Origin: an uncultured Acidobacteriota bacterium
GTDB taxonomy: Bacteria > Acidobacteriota > Thermoanaerobaculia > UBA5066
Direction: 5' to 3'
NCBI GenBank assembly: GCA_963779415.1
Contig: CAVZYA010000001.1
Span: 2,016,001 to 2,080,000 of the forward strand
DNA length: 64,000 nt
Shown here: positions 1-10,141 of the stretch, piece after piece
Numbering within the stretch: position 1 is the first letter of the stretch
Layout of the letters: every line of letters begins with the position of its first letter
The notes under the pieces: generated by a model
What the model saw: only the letters and a program-made list of their open reading frames with translations
Database searches by the model: none
What the model was told of the DNA's origin: nothing
Translations under genes and position numbers: made by a program

Positions 1-832
1 CCGGCTCGTCCACGCCTCGATCGTGGACGGGATGCGCCTCGCCAAGGCGATGACGGACACCTACAAGCACAGCGACATGGGGCATCTCGAGGAGAAGCTG
101 AAGGAGCACGCGGACAAGCGCTTCAGGATGGTCATCACGGACGGCGTCTTCTCGATGGACGGGGACCTCGCGAAGCTGGACGAGATCGTGGCGCTCGCGA
201 AGAAATACGAGGCGATGGTCTTCGTCGACGACTCGCACGCCTCCGGTTTCATCGGGAAGACGGGGCGCGGCACCCCCGAGCGGTTCGGAGTCCTCGGGAA
301 GATCGACGTGATCACCACCACGTTCGGCAAGGCGCTCGGCGGGGCGTCCGGCGGCTGCATCTCGGGAACGCGCGAGATCGTCGAGATGTGCCGCCAGCGG
401 GCGCGCCCCTATCTCTTCTCCAACACGCTCGCGCCGGTCATCGTCTCGGCGACGCTCCGCGTCCTCGACCTCGTCTCCGGCTCCACGGAGCGGCGGGACC
501 GGCTGGAGGAGAACACGAAATACTGGAGGAGGCTCCTGACCGAGGCGGGGTTCGACATCAAGGCCGGCGAGAGCCCGATCGTCCCCGTCATGCTCTACAA
601 CGCGAAACTCGCGCAGGAGGTCGCGCGCGACCTCTTCGCCGAGGGGATCTACGTCGTCGGTTTCTTCTTCCCGGTCGTCGCCAAGGGACAGGCACGCATC
701 CGGACGCAGCTCTCCGCCGCGCACACGAAAGAGCATCTCGACCGCGCCATCGAGGCGTTCCGGAAGGTCGGGAAGAAGCACGACATCCTCGGAAAGACGA
801 AAAACGAGATCGTGGAGAGATACGGCCTCTAG
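1..832 (+). CDS. kbl: Glycine C-acetyltransferase (2-amino-3-ketobutyrate CoA ligase), 5'-truncated by window edge
   Basis: AOS-family PLP motifs ITDGVFSMDG, DDSHASG, TFGKALGG, RQRARPYLFSN and ARIRTQLSAAH. Confidence 0.9.
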   Translation, partial: RLVHASIVDGMRLAKAMTDTYKHSDMGHLEEKLKEHADKRFRMVITDGVFSMDGDLAKLDEIVALAKKYEAMVFVDDSHASGFIGKTGRGTPERFGVLGKIDVITTTFGKALGGASGGCISGTREIVEMCRQRARPYLFSNTLAPVIVSATLRVLDLVSGSTERRDRLEENTKYWRRLLTEAGFDIKAGESPIVPVMLYNAKLAQEVARDLFAEGIYVVGFFFPVVAKGQARIRTQLSAAHTKEHLDRAIEAFRKVGKKHDILGKTKNEIVERYGL

Positions 833-851
833 GAGACCGCCGGAGGGCGAC

Positions 852-1157
852 ATGCTCGTGAAACGAACTCTCGAAGTTCCCCTCCCGGAAAAGCTCGAGC
901 TTTCCGGCGCCGACCGGGAGCTCCTCGTCGCCACGTTCCAGGCCCTCGTCGCCCTCCGCTGCGAGAAGGACCGGCGCTGGGACCTCACCCAGAAGCAGCT
1001 CGAGGACGACGGCTGGAAGGTCCGGTGGGGCCTGACGTGGCGCGCCGAGGCCAAGCGCGGCGACGACTACGAGGAGGCGACGGGGACGACGCTGGACGAG
1101 GCCCTTGCCGGCGTCGCACAGCTCGTCCGCTTCGACATGGCGGGCCGCGCGCCGTGA
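852..1157 (+). CDS. Hypothetical protein, 101 aa
   Basis: GGAGGG SD upstream of ATG, GC-rich third codon positions, directly follows kbl. Confidence 0.7.
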   Translation: MLVKRTLEVPLPEKLELSGADRELLVATFQALVALRCEKDRRWDLTQKQLEDDGWKVRWGLTWRAEAKRGDDYEEATGTTLDEALAGVAQLVRFDMAGRAP

Positions 1158-1201
1158 GTTGACCGCCCCGCGTCCCGGCGCCTGTCGTCCGCGCGTGGAG
1201 G

Positions 1202-1480
1202 ACATCGCGTCGGCGCGTTCTCGCCGCGCGGATCATCGCCGTGGCCGCCGACGCCGTTCAGCTCGGGTTCATGCCGCTCTTCGCCGGCGGCGCGCCCGGG
1301 GGCTTCGACGCCGTGCTCGACGTCGCCGTCGGCGCCGCGATGGTCGCGCTCCTCGGGTGGCACTGGGCCTTCCTTCCGGCCTTCGCCGTCGAGCTCGGTC
1401 CGGCCGTCGACCTCGCGCCGACGTGGACGATCGCGGTCCTTCATCGTCACGCGGCGTCGGCAGGCCGGCTGCTCCGCTGA
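1202..1480 (+). CDS. Small hydrophobic membrane protein (start uncertain)
   Basis: Frame reads RVLAARIIAVAADAVQLG...LLGWHWAFLPAFAVELGPAVDLAPTW; the 5' end has no clean start and may be frameshifted. Confidence 0.55.
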   Translation, partial: TSRRRVLAARIIAVAADAVQLGFMPLFAGGAPGGFDAVLDVAVGAAMVALLGWHWAFLPAFAVELGPAVDLAPTWTIAVLHRHAASAGRLLR

Positions 1481-1541
1481 CGCCCCGGCCGAACCGCCGG
1501 TCCTGCCACCGGACGAGCGCCGCTGAATCGCGTACTTCCCT

Positions 1542-2067
1542 TCAGGCGCTCGCTTTCCCTTCGGGACCCGCGTAGGGGAGCTCGGAGTGTTGAACGTCAG
1601 CCTCTAGTGATCCGGGTCCTCGTAGTCGTACGCGTTGCTTGGCAGGTTGAGCATCAGGGCCTCGGTGGCTCCGAGGTTCTGGATCCCGTGCCAGACGCCG
1701 GCCGGGACGACGAGCAGCGTCGGACGCGCGTCGCCCACGTGGAATTCGTTCAGCCGCTTGTAGGTCGGGCTCTCCTCCCGCCCGTCGTAGAGGACGACCT
1801 TGACGTGCCCCTGGTTGACGAAGAGCCGGTCGATGTTCTTCGCGTGGCAGCTCCAGGCCCCGATCGCGCCCGGGAAGAGGCGGGACTGATAGAGATGCAC
1901 GACCGGCAGGCCCGTCGGGTCCCACTCCGGGCGGAACACCTCGGTGATGACGCCGTGGTCCCTCGGCACGTGGAGCACCTCGTGGACGTGAAACCCGTGG
2001 ATGAGATCCAGAGCTTCGTCCACTCCTTCGTGACCTGCTGCCCGTCCTTCTGGGCGCCTTTCAACAT
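1542..2067 (-). pseudogene. dTDP-4-dehydrorhamnose 3,5-epimerase-like cupin, disrupted
   Basis: Cupin motifs GAWSCH and VPAGVWHGIQN; N-terminus (MLKGAQKDGQQVTKEW) in a different frame; in-frame TAG after EDPDH with a similar-looking tail continuing beyond it. Confidence 0.7.
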
Positions 2068-2079
2068 GGATCTTCTCTC

Positions 2080-3024
2080 CCTTCTAGGGCATCTTCCCGG
2101 GCCCCAGTCCCTTGAACTCCCGGATCGCGGCGATCCTCTCTCCTCGCTTCAAGCGAAAATCATGGTGGGAGCGGCCCGGCAGCCGGTCGCGGACGCGCCT
2201 GTAGGCCTGAGCGGCGACCCCCCACAGCAGGTCGAGGAACGGCACGTTCTTCAGAGCCGAGAGATGAACGGCCGTTGCGAGGAGCCTTCCGAGCTCGACG
2301 GCCTCAGTCCGGCCCGTCCCGGATCCGGCGATTCGAGTCGGCCTGCTCGGGACAGGCCGGGTCCGGTAGGCGTCAAGCCGCAGCTCGCGGGAAACTTACG
2401 TCAGCCGGCGGGACGAATTCGGGCCGCATCCCGGCGAGGTGGGCCGACGCAGGTCGGTCTCGTGGCTCGCGGAGCTCCGCATATCGTTTCAGCCTCCGAC
2501 CGTATCCGAATCGTCCGGCGGTGGACCACGGGGCTCGGGGCGATGTTCATGCCCGGGCGAAACTCGAACCGGGTGGGGTACGCCTGAACTCGCCCCTCGG
2601 GATGGACGAGCGCCGTGATGCTGTTCGTGAGATCCGCCCCTCCCGAGAGAGCCCCGACGAGGAGGGCGAGATGGTGCGGAAGCCAGAGGTCGTCGTGGCC
2701 GAGGTAGGCGATCAACTCCCCCCGAGCCTGGCGAAGACCCTCGTTGTTCGGGCCGGTCTGGTGACCGGTGTTCTCGGAAAGGTTGATCCAGCGGACGCGC
2801 GGGTCGTCGATCGCCCGCACGACCGCTTCCGAGTCGTCCGTGCACCCGTCCCCAACGACGAGGACCTCGAGATTCCGGTACGTCTGGCCGAGCGCGCTTC
2901 CGACCGAGAACGGCAGGACGGTGCTCCAGTTGTAGGTAGGAATGATGACGGTCACGAGCGGCGACACCGGGAGGACGGTGCTCGCCTCCGGGACAAAGGT
3001 GACGGGCGGGCCGGGAGGCTGCAT
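2080..3024 (-). pseudogene. Family 2 glycosyltransferase, 3' half degraded
   Basis: VTVIIPTYN, VVGDGCTD and YLGHDDLW motifs; after about 2520 the frame breaks repeatedly and contains a TGA in VGG*; the 3' end is approximate. Confidence 0.7.
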
Positions 3025-3133
3025 CTCGGGACCTGCACGAGTGTAACCAGAAGACCCGGCCGCTCCCGTGCCGCCGGGCTGATTTATCAGTCTCGACCGC
3101 TCGGGCGGGCCGAACGGGTATTCTTCCGGCTTC

Positions 3134-4829
3134 ATGCCGAAAGGAGCCCGGTCGATGTCCGTTCGATGCGCCGCTGCCTTCGCGATCGCCCTCGCTCTCC
3201 TCCTTGCCCCCACGATCCCGGCCGCCGCCGCGCCTCCGGAGCCCGTCGACCTCGAGATGGTGACCCGGATCCGGGACGAGGCCTTCAACCGGAGCAAGGC
3301 CTTCGAGACGCTTTCGGCTCTCTGTGACGGAATCGGACCGCGCCTGACCGGCTCGCCTTCCTATCGGAGCGCCGCCGAGTGGGCGAAGGCCGAGCTTGCG
3401 AAGCTGGGCCTCTCGAACGCGAGGATCGAGAGCTTCGCGCCGTTCGGCCGCGGCTGGGTCCTCGAATCCGTCTCCGTCCGGATGCTCACGCCCTCCCTCG
3501 CGATCCTCCCCGCCCTCCCGAAGGCGTGGACCCCCGGCACCGACGGGCTGAAGAAGGGAAAGGCCGTCCGGGCGAAGCTGGAGACGCCGGAAGACCTCGA
3601 CAGGTGGAAGGGGAAGCTGGGGGGAAGATCCTCCTCCTCGGCGAGCCGGACGGAGCGAAGCCCCAGGAGAAGGGGGACTGTCGCCCGGTACGACGAGAAG
3701 GCGCTCGAGGAGATCTGGCGGTACGAGCCGGGTGGACGCTACCGCCGTTCGCCGGCCGACCGGGAGCGGAGGCTGAAGCAGCGCGAGTTCCGGAAGAAGC
3801 TCGAAGCGTTCCTCGTCGCCGAAAAGATCGCCGCGGTCATCGAGCCGTCGCGGGGCGACTACGGGACGATCTGGGTCCAGGGGGGCGGGCCGTGGAAGCC
3901 GGGCGAGCCCGTCCCGCCGCCCTCCCTCGTCATGGGCGCCGAGGCCTACGGGAGGGTGGCGCGCCTCCTCGACCGGAAGGACGACGTGGAGCTGGAGGTC
4001 GACGTGAAGGCCCGCTTCACCGACGAGGACCCGCTCGCCGCCTCGAACGTCTTCGCCGAAATCCAGGGGACCGACAGGACGAAGAAGGACGAGATCGTCA
4101 TGATCGGCGCGCACCTCGACAGCTGGCAGGCCGGCACGGGCGCCACGGACAACGGCGTCGGAGCGGCGACGGCCATCGAGGTGATGCGGATCCTGAAGGC
4201 GCTGAACGTCGGCTCCGAAGCGGACGATCCGGATCGCTCTCTGGGGGGGCGAGGAGCAGGGGCTCCTCGGCTCGCGCGCCTGGGTCTCGAAGGAGCTCGC
4301 GTCGCGGCCGGAGCCGACGGATCCGAAGGAGCGGGAGATGCCGGCGTTCCTGCGCCGGCCGACCGGCCCGCTCACCATCAAGCCCGCCTGGGCGAAGCTC
4401 GCCGGCTACTTCAACGTCGACAACGGCGCCGGAAAGATCCGCGGCATCTTCGCGCAGGACAACGCGGCCGCCGTCCCGATCTTCGAGGCGTGGCTCGCCC
4501 CGTTCAAGGATCTCGGCGCGACGACCGTCACGATGAAGCGGACCGGCGGGACCGACCACCAGTCGTTCGACGCCGTCGGCCTTCCCGGCTTCCAGTTCAT
4601 CCAGGACGGGCTCGACTACGGCACCCGGACCCACCACACGAACATGGACGTCGTCGAGCGCGTCCCGAAGCCGGACCTGATGGAGATCGCCGCCATCTGG
4701 GCGTCCTTCGCCTGGCATGCCGCCCAGCGCGACCAGATGCTCCCGCGCCGCCCCCTCCCGCCCGAGCCTCCCGCCGAAGCGAAGCCGGCGGAACCTTCGG
4801 CGGAGAAGCCAGCAGCAGCGCCGAAGTAG
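3134..4829 (+). CDS. Secreted M28-family metallopeptidase (carboxypeptidase Q-like), frameshifted
   Basis: Signal peptide; IGPRLTGSP, GAHLDSW, GATDNG, GEEQGL (shifted frame), GGTDHQSF and THHTNMD motifs; split over three frames. Confidence 0.85.
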
Positions 4830-4860
4830 CGTCCCCCCGGGTACGCCTCGAAGAACGAGA

Positions 4861-6576
4861 ATGGGTCTCACGACGAAACCCGCGAACCTGATCTACGGCG
4901 TGGACGAGATCCCTCCGGTTTCGGTCCGGCTGCTCCTCGCCTTCCAGCACGTCTCGGTGATGTCGGTCGGCTGGATCTTCGTCGTCGTCCTCGTGACGGC
5001 CATCGGCGGGACGCGGGCGGACGCGGGAGACGTCATCCGGATGTCGATGATCGCCTCGGGTCTCGCGACGATCCTTCAGGCCCGGACGGGAGGCTTCGTC
5101 GGCTCCGGCTACCTCTGTCCGTTCTCCTGCGGCCCGTCGTACCTCGCGGCCTCGATCCTGGCCGGGAAAGCCGGAGGGCTCCCGCTGGTCTTCGGCCTCA
5201 CGACGGTTTCCGGAATCTTCGAGGGGCTCTTCTCGCGCGTCGTGAAGCGGCTTCGCCCGCTTCTCCCGCCCGAAGTGACGGGGCTCATCGTCGCGATGGT
5301 CGGCATCGAGTTGATCGCGCTCGGGTGCACCCGGTTCCTCGGATACTCGAATCCCGCGACGCCGCTCGACTCGCGCGTTCTCGTCGTCGCCGTCCTGACG
5401 CTCGCCGCGATGGTCGTTCCCACCGTCTTCGGCAAGGAAAAGGTCCGCCTCTACCCCGTCGTTCTCGGCCTCCTCGTCGGGTACGGCGCCTCCTTCGCGC
5501 TCGGCATCCTCACGCCGGGCCAGATGCACGGCATCCTCGACGGGCCGGTCGTCAGCCTGCCGCGCCGCGTCCCGGGCGGCATGACCTTCGAACTCGCCCT
5601 TCTCGGTCCCTTCCTGATCGCGAGCCTCAGCTCCGTCCTGAAGACCGTCGGCGACCTGACCCTCTGCCAGAAGGTGAACGACACGGGCTGGAAGCGGACG
5701 GAAATGAACTCCGTGAGCGGGGGCATCCTCGCCGGCTCCGTCGGCTCCACGTTCGCCGGTATCCTCGGCGGCGTCGGACAATCGACGTTCTCCTCCAACA
5801 TCGGCCTCTCGATCGCGACCGGCGCCACGAGCCGGGCCGTCGCGCTCCCGACCGGGCTTCTCCTGATCGCGCTCGCCTTCCTGCCCGAGCTGGCGGCCGT
5901 CTTCGCCGCCATGCCGTCGCCGGTCGTCGGCGCGATGCTCGTCTACGTCGCCTGCTTCATGATTATCGGCGGATTCCAGGTCGTGATGTCACGGATGCTC
6001 GACGCGAGGAAGACCTTCGTCGTCGGGATCGCGTTCATCTTCGGGCTGAGCGTCCGGGTCGTGCCGGACGCCTACCAGCAGATCCCCCATCTTCTCAGGC
6101 CGTTCTTCTCCTCCGCGCTTTCCCTCGCGACGGTTCTCGTCGTCCTCCTGAACCTCCTCTTCCGGATCGGCGTCGGCCGCAAGGCGACGCTCTCCCTCGT
6201 TCCCGGCGCCGAGAGCCACGACCGGATCTCGGAGTTCCTGGAGAGACAGGGAGGGGCCTGGGGAATGCGTCCCGACGTCGCCCACCGGGCGAAGGACGCC
6301 CTTCACGAGCTGGTCGCGAGCATCGGGAGAGGGGCGGTCTCCTCCCCGGCGATCGCGGTCGAGGCGCGCTTCGACGAATTCAACCTCGACCTCGACGTGG
6401 CGTGGAACGGGGAGATGGGAGAGTTCTCCGAGTCCGCTCCCACCGTCGAATCGCTGAAGTTCAAGCCCGAGTCCATCCGGAAGCTCTCCGGATTCCTGGT
6501 CCGCCACTACACCGACCGGGTCACGACGCAGCGGCGCGACGGCCACTGCCGCGTGCTCCTCCACTTCGACCACTGA
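4861..6576 (+). CDS. NCS2 (xanthine/uracil) permease with C-terminal HATPase-like extension
   Basis: LLAFQHV in TM1, NAT signature TFSSNIGLSIATG, many TM helices, and about 125 aa of soluble C-terminal domain. Confidence 0.85.
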   Translation: MGLTTKPANLIYGVDEIPPVSVRLLLAFQHVSVMSVGWIFVVVLVTAIGGTRADAGDVIRMSMIASGLATILQARTGGFVGSGYLCPFSCGPSYLAASILAGKAGGLPLVFGLTTVSGIFEGLFSRVVKRLRPLLPPEVTGLIVAMVGIELIALGCTRFLGYSNPATPLDSRVLVVAVLTLAAMVVPTVFGKEKVRLYPVVLGLLVGYGASFALGILTPGQMHGILDGPVVSLPRRVPGGMTFELALLGPFLIASLSSVLKTVGDLTLCQKVNDTGWKRTEMNSVSGGILAGSVGSTFAGILGGVGQSTFSSNIGLSIATGATSRAVALPTGLLLIALAFLPELAAVFAAMPSPVVGAMLVYVACFMIIGGFQVVMSRMLDARKTFVVGIAFIFGLSVRVVPDAYQQIPHLLRPFFSSALSLATVLVVLLNLLFRIGVGRKATLSLVPGAESHDRISEFLERQGGAWGMRPDVAHRAKDALHELVASIGRGAVSSPAIAVEARFDEFNLDLDVAWNGEMGEFSESAPTVESLKFKPESIRKLSGFLVRHYTDRVTTQRRDGHCRVLLHFDH

Positions 6577-6582
6577 GGGCTC

Positions 6583-6598
6583 CCGCCGGGCTCGGCGG
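6583..6598. terminator. GC hairpin between convergent genes
   Basis: CCGCCG-GGCT-CGGCGG inverted repeat; no U-tract. Confidence 0.3.
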
Positions 6599-6600
6599 AC

Positions 6601-7638
6601 CTACTTCGGCGCGACGACGACGATCTCGAAGCTCCCCGGGACGATGCTGGGTCGCGGGCGGGGCTGCTGGGGCGTCGGCGACGGAGGCGGGCCGAACTTC
6701 GCCGTCGGGAGGTAGAGCCGGTGCGTCGCGGCGTCCAGCGCCACGGTACGCGCGCCGCGCTCGGTCGGAACGCTCTGGATCGCGGAGAAGACGCCGGGCG
6801 CCGTCTCGCGGATGACGGTCAGCGTCCCCTCGCCGTTCGAGACGAATGCGAGCCCTCTTTCCGGGTCGAACGCGACGGCGTCCGTCCCTCCGCCCGTCGG
6901 AACGGTCGCGAGGAGCTTGCCGTCGGCCGTGCTGACGACGGCCGCGACCTTGTTCCCGCAGCCGGAGTAGAGGCGCCCTCCCTTCGCGTCGATCGCGAGC
7001 CCCGACGGGTCCTTGCATCCCGGGAGCGCCCAGCGCGCCGTGACGGCAAGGGTTTTCGCGTCGATCACCGCGATCTCCGATTTGTCTTCGATGTTCACGA
7101 AGACCCGTCCGGAGGGATCGGACGCCGCGAACTCGGGCTTGCCGCCGACCGGGATCGTCCCGGCCACCGCTCCCGACGCGGCGTCGAAGGCCGTGACGTT
7201 CGCGCCCCGGCCGTTGAAGGTGAAGAGGCGCTTCGTGACCGGCTCGTAGAGGATGGCGTCCGGGTTCTCGCCCGTCGTCTTCAGCTCCGAGAGGACCTTC
7301 AGCGACGCGAGGTCGAAGACCGTCACCGTCCCGGCCCGCCCGTTGCTCGTGAAGCCCTTCCCGAGGTCGTGGGCGAGGGCGACGCCGTGGACCCCCGGCG
7401 TGTCCGGAATCTCCCCGACGGCCTTCCCCGTCGCGGAGTCGAGGACGGCGACCCGGCTCGACCGCGTCACGTAGAGCCGCTTCGTCGTCGCGTCCGCCAC
7501 GACGTAGTCCCACCCCCCTTCGCCTCCGACGGCGAAGTGCGCGGAGACCGCGTACTCCGGGACGGCCATTTTCGGAACATCGGCGACCGGCAGGATTCCG
7601 GCGGCGAAGACGAGGGCTGTCATCGATTCTGTGAACAT
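6601..7638 (-). CDS. YncE/YVTN-type beta-propeller exported protein
   Basis: GGEGGWDY N-terminus, repeated blades (PGVHGVA, NPDAILY, GKPEFAA, GTDAVAFD) and GARTVALD. Confidence 0.8.
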   Translation of the reverse strand: MFTESMTALVFAAGILPVADVPKMAVPEYAVSAHFAVGGEGGWDYVVADATTKRLYVTRSSRVAVLDSATGKAVGEIPDTPGVHGVALAHDLGKGFTSNGRAGTVTVFDLASLKVLSELKTTGENPDAILYEPVTKRLFTFNGRGANVTAFDAASGAVAGTIPVGGKPEFAASDPSGRVFVNIEDKSEIAVIDAKTLAVTARWALPGCKDPSGLAIDAKGGRLYSGCGNKVAAVVSTADGKLLATVPTGGGTDAVAFDPERGLAFVSNGEGTLTVIRETAPGVFSAIQSVPTERGARTVALDAATHRLYLPTAKFGPPPSPTPQQPRPRPSIVPGSFEIVVVAPK

Positions 7639-7768
7639 CTTCGGAAGATCCTCCCCGAACGCGGAGCCTAGGCGCCTTCGCGATCCGAATCCAGCGCCGC
7701 GAAGGAACTCCGTCGACCCCGCGGCGCCCGGCCTGCCTGAACCCGGATTTCTCCGTAGAATCCGGCAT

Positions 7769-8197
7769 ATGCCCTACAGACTGATCTACTCGTCCGAGGC
7801 CACCGGGGAGATGGCGCGAACCGACCTCGAGCAGATGCTCCGGGAGTCGCGCCTCCGGAACACGCGGCGCGACATCACCGGCGTCCTCGTCTTCGCCGAC
7901 GGCGTCTTCCTTCAGGTACTCGAAGGAGAGCGGGAGGACATCGAGGATCTGATGGAGAACATCCAGCGCGACCCGAGGCACCGCGACCTCAAGGTGATCC
8001 ACGAAGAGGAGATCGATCGCCGATCCTTCCCCGCGTGGCGCATGGCGTACCTGACTCCCCGGGCCGAGGACGTCTCTTCATGGGCCGGCCTCGAGGGCGC
8101 CGCTTCCGTCGAAAGCGTCCTCGCCACCCTTCGGAGCGACCCGGAACGCGTGCCGCGCGTCCTGACCGGCCTCGTCGAGTCGCTTACCGCGCGATGA
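7769..8197 (+). CDS. Stand-alone BLUF blue-light photoreceptor
   Basis: YRLIYSS, RNTRRDITGVL, FLQVLEG, RDPRH and RSFPAWRM retain the conserved Tyr, Asn, Gln, Trp and Met. Confidence 0.9.
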   Translation: MPYRLIYSSEATGEMARTDLEQMLRESRLRNTRRDITGVLVFADGVFLQVLEGEREDIEDLMENIQRDPRHRDLKVIHEEEIDRRSFPAWRMAYLTPRAEDVSSWAGLEGAASVESVLATLRSDPERVPRVLTGLVESLTAR

Positions 8198-8353
8198 GGA
8201 GCTGCTCCCCGAAAAGGATCTGGAAGAGGACCGGATGCACGAGCACCCCCCGGAGAGCGCGCCCTCGGCAGGGACCCAGCGGATCACTCTCCCTTACCCC
8301 CGGAACAGGCGGGCACGGCGGTCGGACCCTTGCGCCTTTTCCAGCGCGGAGCT

Positions 8354-9442
8354 TCATTGGAGCCGCCGTGGATCACCCGTGAATCGAATGATGCCAAGGC
8401 GATAATCGGGCGCCGTCGGCGAGCGAAGCGCGATGAACCGCAGCGTCGTCGTTACGCGTCCGCCGGGGGCCAGCGTCAGGCCGTCCTTCGGGAAAAGACC
8501 GAGGTAGTACACCGGCCGGCCTCCGGGGAATCCGAACAGCCACCCCTCCTTGGGCAAGTCCTGCACGGTCAGATGCAGCGGGCCGATCAGGGGCCAGTCG
8601 GACGTGTTGGTGATGGTGACCGTCTGAGCGTAAATCGGCGTCTTCTGCCTCGAGGTGAGAGCCGGGTCGAGCTCGAGCGACGATTTCTCGAATCGCACCC
8701 TCGCCGTCAGCTCCTCCGGGGGAAGGGGATGTCCGACATCCTCGACGACGAACGTGAAGAATGTCTTCGGGCTTCCGTTTGTTGCGCTCACCGATGCCGT
8801 GCCGAGACCGACGGCCTCGACGTTCCCCTCGGGATCCACACGGACGACCCGCGGGTCGCTGGACGCGTAGACGGTGCCCGTCACGGAGGACGAAAGATCC
8901 CGGGTGACGCCGCCGGGGTAGTTGCCGGTGACGTAGACGCGCGCCTTCGTTCCGACCGAACTGAACCGATGATAGGACTCGAGCGGGCTGACGCTTTGCG
9001 GTGCGGTCGCAGGCCGGACGACGATCGTGACACTCGTCCCCTCGAAGGGGTTTCCCCTCGCATCGATCCCACCGAGGGTCAGCGAAAACGAACCGGAGGA
9101 ATCCTCCGGGATGACGAACCGGCCTCGGTACGTGACTCCATCCGCGTCCCGTGAGAGTTCAAGCACCCCGACGCCTCCCACGCCGACTCCAGCGAAAACG
9201 GCCGCCAACGGTGCGGCGGCCCGCACGACAAGGTGGACCGTGTCCCCGGGGGCGAAACGCTGACCTTCGACGGGAGAGACGAACCGCGCCCGGGGGTCGA
9301 CGCTGGCGTCGTTGCTCCGCCCCGGTCCGGCGACGCAGAGAATCAATCCGATCCCCGCAAACCACTTCGCCGCGAACCGGGTGCGCAGGGTGAATGGACG
9401 CTTCGCAACACCGACCTTCCGACTGATCTCCTCGATCGGCAT
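8354..9442 (-). CDS. Exported protein with Ig-like domains (Big_2-like)
   Basis: Hydrophobic N-terminal segment; YASSDPRVVRVDPEGNVEAVGLGTASVSAT matches the Ig-like group 2 pattern. Confidence 0.6.
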   Translation of the reverse strand: MPIEEISRKVGVAKRPFTLRTRFAAKWFAGIGLILCVAGPGRSNDASVDPRARFVSPVEGQRFAPGDTVHLVVRAAAPLAAVFAGVGVGGVGVLELSRDADGVTYRGRFVIPEDSSGSFSLTLGGIDARGNPFEGTSVTIVVRPATAPQSVSPLESYHRFSSVGTKARVYVTGNYPGGVTRDLSSSVTGTVYASSDPRVVRVDPEGNVEAVGLGTASVSATNGSPKTFFTFVVEDVGHPLPPEELTARVRFEKSSLELDPALTSRQKTPIYAQTVTITNTSDWPLIGPLHLTVQDLPKEGWLFGFPGGRPVYYLGLFPKDGLTLAPGGRVTTTLRFIALRSPTAPDYRLGIIRFTGDPRRLQ

Positions 9443-9602
9443 CCTCGGACTCTCCCTGCCGTAGGATAGCGTCGCAGAACCGCGGAAGACGCCCGACGTG
9501 ACTCTCCGCGGATGATGCGAGCGCCTCATTGCACCTGGTCCCGACCGATCCGATTCTTACTGCAGGAGAGCGTCGTGAGGCCGCCAAAGAGGACCGCCAA
9601 GC

Positions 9603-10131
9603 ATGACCACTGAACCCGTCACCCGGCGCTACGAGATGGTCAACGTCCGGCCGGGCTACCTGATCATCGAGCAGGAGAATCACACCCTCGCCCGGCGCTC
9701 CTACTTCGTGGCGGAGCGGACCCCACCCCTGGAGGAGTACCGCGAGGGCATCGAGTTCTGGAAGCCCCAGGAGGCGGCCCAGACCTTCCAGTTCGACGTC
9801 CGCGACATCCTGACCGGCGAGGTGGTGCCCTTCGGCGAGCTGGCGGGGCTGCTCTATTACGCCTGCTGCGCCCGAGGACAGCACCGTCTACCAGATCGGC
9901 GACCTGGCCCACGACCAGCGGGTCTCGCTCTACGTGGCGATCACCACCGAGAGCGAGGAGGGACCTGCGCCCATGCCTCTCGAGAAGGTCCGGGTCCTCA
10001 ACGCTCTCTTCAACGAGCGCCTGACCAGCCCCCGGAAGAAGGTGCTGATCCTGCCCGACCTCTTCGGCCTCCGCCACGAGATCACGTACGAGCAGATCGC
10101 GATCGACTTCGGCCTCACGTCCATGGAATGA
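9603..10131 (+). CDS. Hypothetical protein, first gene of the redox operon (one frameshift near 9870)
   Basis: ORF 9603 joins the frame of 9934..10131 after LLYYACC; GAGGA SD upstream; 10 nt gap before the next gene. Confidence 0.7.
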
Positions 10132-10141
10132 GGAGCAGAGG

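Noticed and set aside
1604-2491. Stop-codon reassignment or pyrrolysine suggested by in-frame TAG and TGA
   Set aside because: TAG and TGA terminate many intact genes in the window, and these stops occur only in a region that also has multiple frameshifts.
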